Shown here piece by piece: positions 60,195-64,000 of a stretch of DNA of 64,000 bases (positions are counted from its first letter, which is position 1; each line of letters begins with the position of its first letter). The notes under the pieces are model-generated. The model saw nothing but the letters and a program-made list of their open reading frames with translations, did not search any database and had not been told where the DNA came from. The stretch lies in NCBI GenBank assembly GCA_026002935.1, contig BPGH01000001.1, forward strand, positions 171,965-235,964. Reading direction: 5' to 3'. The stretch is from Acidimicrobiia bacterium. Its GTDB lineage: Bacteria; Actinomycetota; Acidimicrobiia; IMCC26256; PALSA-610. Both the position numbers and the translations under genes were made by a program.

Positions 60195-60495
60195 GACGAA
60201 AGGCTAGCGGCACGCCCGGGCACCGCTGCCAGCCGCGTCCGCTCCGATGACGGGTCTCGCTCCACCTGGTGAGAGGGACGTGGGGTCCCCGGCCATGTGC
60301 TCCACCCAGTCGGAGCGCCGGAGTGCCACTACGTGGAGATCGTGCAGAGCACCGCGATGACGGCGTGATCGCACGAGGAGGCTCCCTGACCGGATGCCGT
60401 TCCACGGAGTTGCGAAATGGGCCGCGACCGGACTCCGGAAAGAAGAGGTGGCGCTCACGAGGTGCGCGGCGGCCGAAGAGGTGACTCGCTATGCC

Positions 60496-61713
60496 TCAGA
60501 ATGCTTCACTGAACACCGATTCGGAGAGGCCTGGCCGGCTCGGATTTCGTACGCGCGCGACCTGCGTGTCCGTCGTCTCGCGCATCTCCTCGACCGTGCA
60601 CCGGCCGTCGAGGACCGAGCAGCTGACGAACCGCAGCGGCGCGACGATCGGAAGACCGCGCCCGTCGCTCTCCTGGGGCGGGAACGCGAGCGCAAACACG
60701 GCCCGGCGGTCGGACGAGAGCCAGACGTCATCGGGCACGAGTACCTCGCGCCCGAGTTCCGCAACGCGCTCGAGTACGAGGCTCCACCCTGACGTTGCCT
60801 TCTGCGCGCTCAGCACGACGATCGCCGTGACGGTTCCACCTCTCACCGTGCCGCTCGCGACGATCGTCCCGCCCGTCCAGGTCGCGGACACGATCGGCTT
60901 CAGCGGCTCACCGGCGATGGAGTCGAGGTGCGCGAGCGTTGCGCCACTTCCGACATCAACCAGCCGAAGCTCGTACGACGAGCGGTCGCCGACCGTCGCT
61001 CCGACCAGAGCAACGCCGCCGTCGTCGCTCAACGCAAGCAACTCACTGTGAGCAGCGAGCACTCTCATCCGCGTCGGGGCATCGAAGACGACCACGTCGC
61101 CACCCTCGCCACCGGCACGCGCACGACGCACGAGGAGCCTGTCTCTCGCCCATGCGAGCACGATGAACCTGTCCGGGCCGCTACTCCACGCAACGGGCAC
61201 ATCGCCTTTGGCGCTTCTGACGGTTACCACGCCGCCGTCCCGAAGGGGATCGGCCTGGGACGACACGTCGACGTACGCGAGCCGACCGGATCCGTCCACC
61301 GCGATCGAGTACGCGTCTGCGACCTCGAGTTGGTCCGATTCGCTTGCCAGATCGGCGAGGCGTATCTCGGGACGCCCGTCAGCCCGGAGCGCGTTGTAGA
61401 GCACGGTGCCGCTCGGCATCGCGACCGCGAGCGGAGCCGTATACGGCGGGAAGAACTGTCGAGCCCGGCCGGCACCGATCGCGGAACCGATCACGAAGCC
61501 GCCCTGCCCGCCGGACTCGACGAAACCGGACTTGCCGCTCAGGAGCAAGGCACGTGGCGCAGCGAACCCAGCGACCGACGAGGGAGGGCTGCCCTCCGGA
61601 CCGTCGACGGAGACACCCGGATCTTCGCCTCCGCCGCACGAGGTAGCTGCCAGCGCGAGAGCGAGCGCTGCGACAAACGACCTGTGCTCGAACACCCCCC
61701 CCCATGGAGCCAT
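60496..61713 (-). CDS. Lipoprotein of unknown function in a lower-GC islet; G9 tract in codons 4-7
   Basis: 405 aa. The signal peptide MAPWGGVFEHRSFVAALALALAATSC/GG contains a lipobox. The repetitive beta-rich body has recurring motifs (LAYVDV, LVGATVGD, LRLVDVGSG) and may be a propeller-like fold. Confidence 0.65.
   Translation of the reverse strand: MAPWGGVFEHRSFVAALALALAATSCGGGEDPGVSVDGPEGSPPSSVAGFAAPRALLLSGKSGFVESGGQGGFVIGSAIGAGRARQFFPPYTAPLAVAMPSGTVLYNALRADGRPEIRLADLASESDQLEVADAYSIAVDGSGRLAYVDVSSQADPLRDGGVVTVRSAKGDVPVAWSSGPDRFIVLAWARDRLLVRRARAGGEGGDVVVFDAPTRMRVLAAHSELLALSDDGGVALVGATVGDRSSYELRLVDVGSGATLAHLDSIAGEPLKPIVSATWTGGTIVASGTVRGGTVTAIVVLSAQKATSGWSLVLERVAELGREVLVPDDVWLSSDRRAVFALAFPPQESDGRGLPIVAPLRFVSCSVLDGRCTVEEMRETTDTQVARVRNPSRPGLSESVFSEAF
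61695..61703 (-). repeat. Homopolymer C9 on the plus strand (G9 on the coding strand) inside the 5' end of the lipoprotein gene
   Basis: Counted directly: C at 61695-61703. It is flanked by ATG 61713-61711 and a second ATG at 61705-61703. Confidence 0.9.
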
Positions 61714-61749
61714 CGAGGCGAAACGAATCGAAACCTGGCTCCGGCCCGG

Positions 61750-61778
61750 ATTATCCGTTGCGATTCACCCCATGTCAA
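61750..61778 (-). promoter_or_regulatory. Near-consensus sigma-70-type promoter for the lipoprotein gene
   Basis: The minus strand reads TTGACA (61778-61773), a 17 nt spacer, then GATAAT (61755-61750). It lies about 37 nt upstream of the ATG, in a locally AT-richer stretch. Confidence 0.55.
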
Positions 61779-61822
61779 CCGCTCGCGCCGCAGGCTGCTC
61801 GGCGTGACCGCGAGAAGGCGCT

Positions 61823-63304
61823 TCAGGCCGCCCCGCCGGCCCGCGTTCCCCCGAAGGCGTCGAGCACCGCCGCGACGAGGCCGTCGATCGTGTGCGGGTC
61901 GGCCTCGGCGTCGACGCTGAGGCCGCGCGCCCGCGCCGTCGCGGAGGTGACCGGGCCGATCGACACGACGAGCGGCGGGGGCTCGGGGAGCGGACCGACC
62001 GCGTCGCAGAAGTTCGTGACCGTCGACGACGACGTGAACGTCACCGCGTCGACGGCACCGGCGCGCAGCGCCTCGAGGTCGGCCGGGTCGGGCGCGGCCG
62101 GCCGGGTGCGGTACACGGGCAGGACGTCCGTCGTGTAGCCCTTCGCCTCGAGCCCCTCCGGGAGGACGTCGCGCGCCACCTCGGCACGCGCGAGCAGGAC
62201 CCGGGCCGGGCCGGACGGCGCCGGGAACGCGTCGAGCAGCGACTCGGCGACGAAACGCTCCGGCACGAGATCGGCGACGATCCCCCGCCGTCGCAGCGCG
62301 TCGGCCGTTCCCGGACCGATCGCCGCGACCCGCGACGACGCGAGGGCGCGGGCGTCGAGCCCGGCGGCGAGCAGCCCCCGGTCGAAGAACGCGTCGACGC
62401 CGTTCGCCGAGGTGAACACGACCCACTCGTAGGCGCCCACGTCGGGCAGCGCGAAGTCGACCGGCTCGATCTCGATCGCCGGGATCTCGAGCACCTGCGC
62501 ACCGAGCGCCTCGAGCCGGGCCCGCAACTCGCTCGCCTGCTCGCGCGCGCGGGTCACGACGATCCGCCGGCCGAAGAGCGGGCGGCGCTCGAACCACGCG
62601 AGGTCGAGCGCCGCGACCGCGCCGACGACGATCGCGGAGGGCGCCTCGACGCCCGCCTGTGCGATCGTGGCGAGCGTGGCGCGCACCGTGCGCTGCTCGG
62701 GCCGTGTCCCCCACCGCACCGCCGCGACCGGCGTGTCCGGGTCGCGGCCGCCGGCCACGAGCGCACGAGCGATCTCGGCGATGCGCCCCGCCCCCATCAG
62801 GATCACGAGCGTCCCGCCCGCCTTCGCGAGCGCGTCCCAGTCGGTGTCACTCGTGCCCTTCGCCGGGTCCTCGTGGCCGGTGACGACCGTGAAGCTCGTC
62901 GACAGCCCGCGGTGCGTGACGGGGATGCCGGCGTACGCGGGCGCGGCGATCGCGCTCGTGATCCCGGGCACCACCTCGAACGGCACGCCGGCCGCGATGC
63001 ACGCCTCGGCCTCCTCGCCGCCGCGCCCGAACACGAACGGGTCGCCGCCCTTGAGGCGCACGACCTCCTCGCCCCGCTCGCCCCGTGCGACCAGCAGCTC
63101 GTTGATCTGCTCCTGGGTCATCGCGGCGCGACCCGGCGCCTTGCCGACGTCGACGAGCTCCGCGCCGGGTGGCGCGAGCGCGAGCAGCGCGGGCGAGGCG
63201 AGCCGGTCGTACACGACGACGTCCGCCCGCGCGAGCACCTCCGCGCCCCGGCGCGTCAGCAGTCCCGGGTCACCGGGCCCGGCACCGACCAGGTAGACGG
63301 TCAC
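61823..63304 (-). CDS. cobA-hemD: Bifunctional uroporphyrinogen-III C-methyltransferase / uroporphyrinogen-III synthase
   Basis: VTVYLVGAGPGDPGLLTRRGAEVLARADVVVYDRL...RLKGGDPFVFGRGGEE... is the SUMT domain. It is followed by a HemD-like domain (...RIVVTRAREQASELRARLEALGAQVLEIPAI...). The GTG at 63304 overlaps the hemC stop (GTGA). Confidence 0.85.
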   Translation of the reverse strand: MTVYLVGAGPGDPGLLTRRGAEVLARADVVVYDRLASPALLALAPPGAELVDVGKAPGRAAMTQEQINELLVARGERGEEVVRLKGGDPFVFGRGGEEAEACIAAGVPFEVVPGITSAIAAPAYAGIPVTHRGLSTSFTVVTGHEDPAKGTSDTDWDALAKAGGTLVILMGAGRIAEIARALVAGGRDPDTPVAAVRWGTRPEQRTVRATLATIAQAGVEAPSAIVVGAVAALDLAWFERRPLFGRRIVVTRAREQASELRARLEALGAQVLEIPAIEIEPVDFALPDVGAYEWVVFTSANGVDAFFDRGLLAAGLDARALASSRVAAIGPGTADALRRRGIVADLVPERFVAESLLDAFPAPSGPARVLLARAEVARDVLPEGLEAKGYTTDVLPVYRTRPAAPDPADLEALRAGAVDAVTFTSSSTVTNFCDAVGPLPEPPPLVVSIGPVTSATARARGLSVDAEADPHTIDGLVAAVLDAFGGTRAGGAA

Positions 63305-64000
63305 CGCGCGTGCTCCCCGAGACCGAGCACCGCCCGGCCGCCGCGGCGCTCGAGCAGGTCGTGTGCCGCGGCCCGCCCGACCTCCACCGGGTCGTGCCCC
63401 GCGACGCGCGTGCGCAGCACCACGTGACCGTCGAGCGACGCGACGAGCGCGTCGAGCTCGACCGTCCCGTCGTGACCGACCCGGGCGAGCGCCCCGCAGG
63501 GCACGTCGCAGCCGCCGCCGAGCTCGGCGAGGAACGCCCGCTCCGCACCGACCGCACGGTGCACATCCGGGTCGTCGGCGCCGGCCAGCCGGCGCCGGGT
63601 GCGCGCGTCGTCGGCGCGGCACTCGACGGCGAGCGCGCCCTGGCCGACCTGCGGCAACACGACGGCCGGGTCGAGCACGTCGGCCGCGCGGTCCGCGAGC
63701 CCGAGCCGCACGAGCGCCGCGTGCGCGACGACCACTGCGTCGTAACCCTGCTCCTCGCGCCTGCGCAGCCGCGTCCCGATGTTGCCGCGCAGCGGGCCGA
63801 ACACGAGGTCGGGCCGCTCGTGCGCGAGCTGGGCCCGCCGGCGCACGGAGTCGGTGCCGACGACCGCCCCGGCGGGCAGGTCGTGCAGCGCGGCGCCCAC
63901 CAGCGCGTCGCGGGGGTCGGCCCGTTCGGGCACCGCGGCGAGCACCAGGCCCTCGGGCGTGGCCGACGGCAGGTCCTTGGCGGAGTGCACGGCGAGATCG
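63301..64000 (-). CDS. hemC: Porphobilinogen deaminase (hydroxymethylbilane synthase); N-terminus lies outside the window
   Basis: ...VHSAKDLPS..., ...GTDSVRRRAQL..., ...RGNIGTRLRR..., ...LPQVGQGALAVECR... and ...AERAFLAELGGGCDVPCGA... The frame is open to the window edge. Confidence 0.9.
   Translation of the reverse strand, partial: DLAVHSAKDLPSATPEGLVLAAVPERADPRDALVGAALHDLPAGAVVGTDSVRRRAQLAHERPDLVFGPLRGNIGTRLRRREEQGYDAVVVAHAALVRLGLADRAADVLDPAVVLPQVGQGALAVECRADDARTRRRLAGADDPDVHRAVGAERAFLAELGGGCDVPCGALARVGHDGTVELDALVASLDGHVVLRTRVAGHDPVEVGRAAAHDLLERRGGRAVLGLGEHAR

Noticed and set aside
60204-60484. Small ORFs (84 aa on the minus strand, 71 aa on the plus strand) in the 300-bp gap between the lipoprotein gene and hemB.
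   Set aside because: Their translations are Arg/Gly/Ser-rich with no hydrophobic core or motif. I saw no ribosome-binding site. The gap is more likely a non-coding spacer or the hemB promoter region.

Overview
The window is a 64 kb high-G+C (about 72-75%) chromosomal segment. Its gene order looks actinobacterial: tyrT-thrT-metT ... rpmG ... trpT-secE-nusG-rplKAJL. Nearly all genes are on the minus strand. All protein identifications come from reading the supplied translations and recognising motifs from memory; no database search was run.

Contents from left to right:
- the end of an MFS transporter;
- the rplL-rplJ-rplA-rplK-nusG-secE cluster with tRNA-Trp;
- an ECF sigma / anti-sigma pair;
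- rpmG, tuf and tRNA-Met, tRNA-Thr, tRNA-Tyr;
- a GNAT acetyltransferase, YajQ, an alpha/beta-hydrolase-adenylate cyclase fusion, and htpX;
- a repeat-filled spacer;
- a type IV pilus block (pilT, two pilins, pilC, pilB);
- a HAD phosphatase, acs, and a MidA/NDUFAF7-like methyltransferase;
- an 11-gene complex-I-like operon (nuoABCDHIJKLMN, no nuoEFG);
- a patatin-like lipase, an unknown lipoprotein, a VOC protein and an AraC regulator;
- a full 14-gene nuoA-N operon;
- a geranylgeranyl-reductase-like flavoprotein;
- a plus-strand Rieske / split cytochrome b / dihaem cytochrome c cluster with a ferredoxin and three small membrane proteins;
- hemL, hemB, a lower-GC lipoprotein islet, cobA-hemD, and the start of hemC.

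Five observations stand out:
1. A dense run of frame-breaking indels hits only rplJ, rplA, rplK, nusG and tuf. Single breaks also occur in nuoD (both copies), nuoG and nuoA. The most likely cause is a consensus problem in highly conserved genes.
2. The tuf copy has a C-depleted coding strand and G/T-ending codons, unlike every neighbouring gene.
3. A roughly 400 bp spacer between pilT and htpX is built from four families of short tandem repeats.
4. A G9 homopolymer sits just after the start codon of a lipoprotein gene. That gene has a near-consensus promoter and lies in a lower-GC islet inside the hem cluster.
5. The Rieske/cytochrome b gene cluster is non-canonical, and an NDUFAF7-like methyltransferase is linked to the NuoEFG-less operon.

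I found no CRISPR array, rRNA, transposase, integrase or recognisable defence system.
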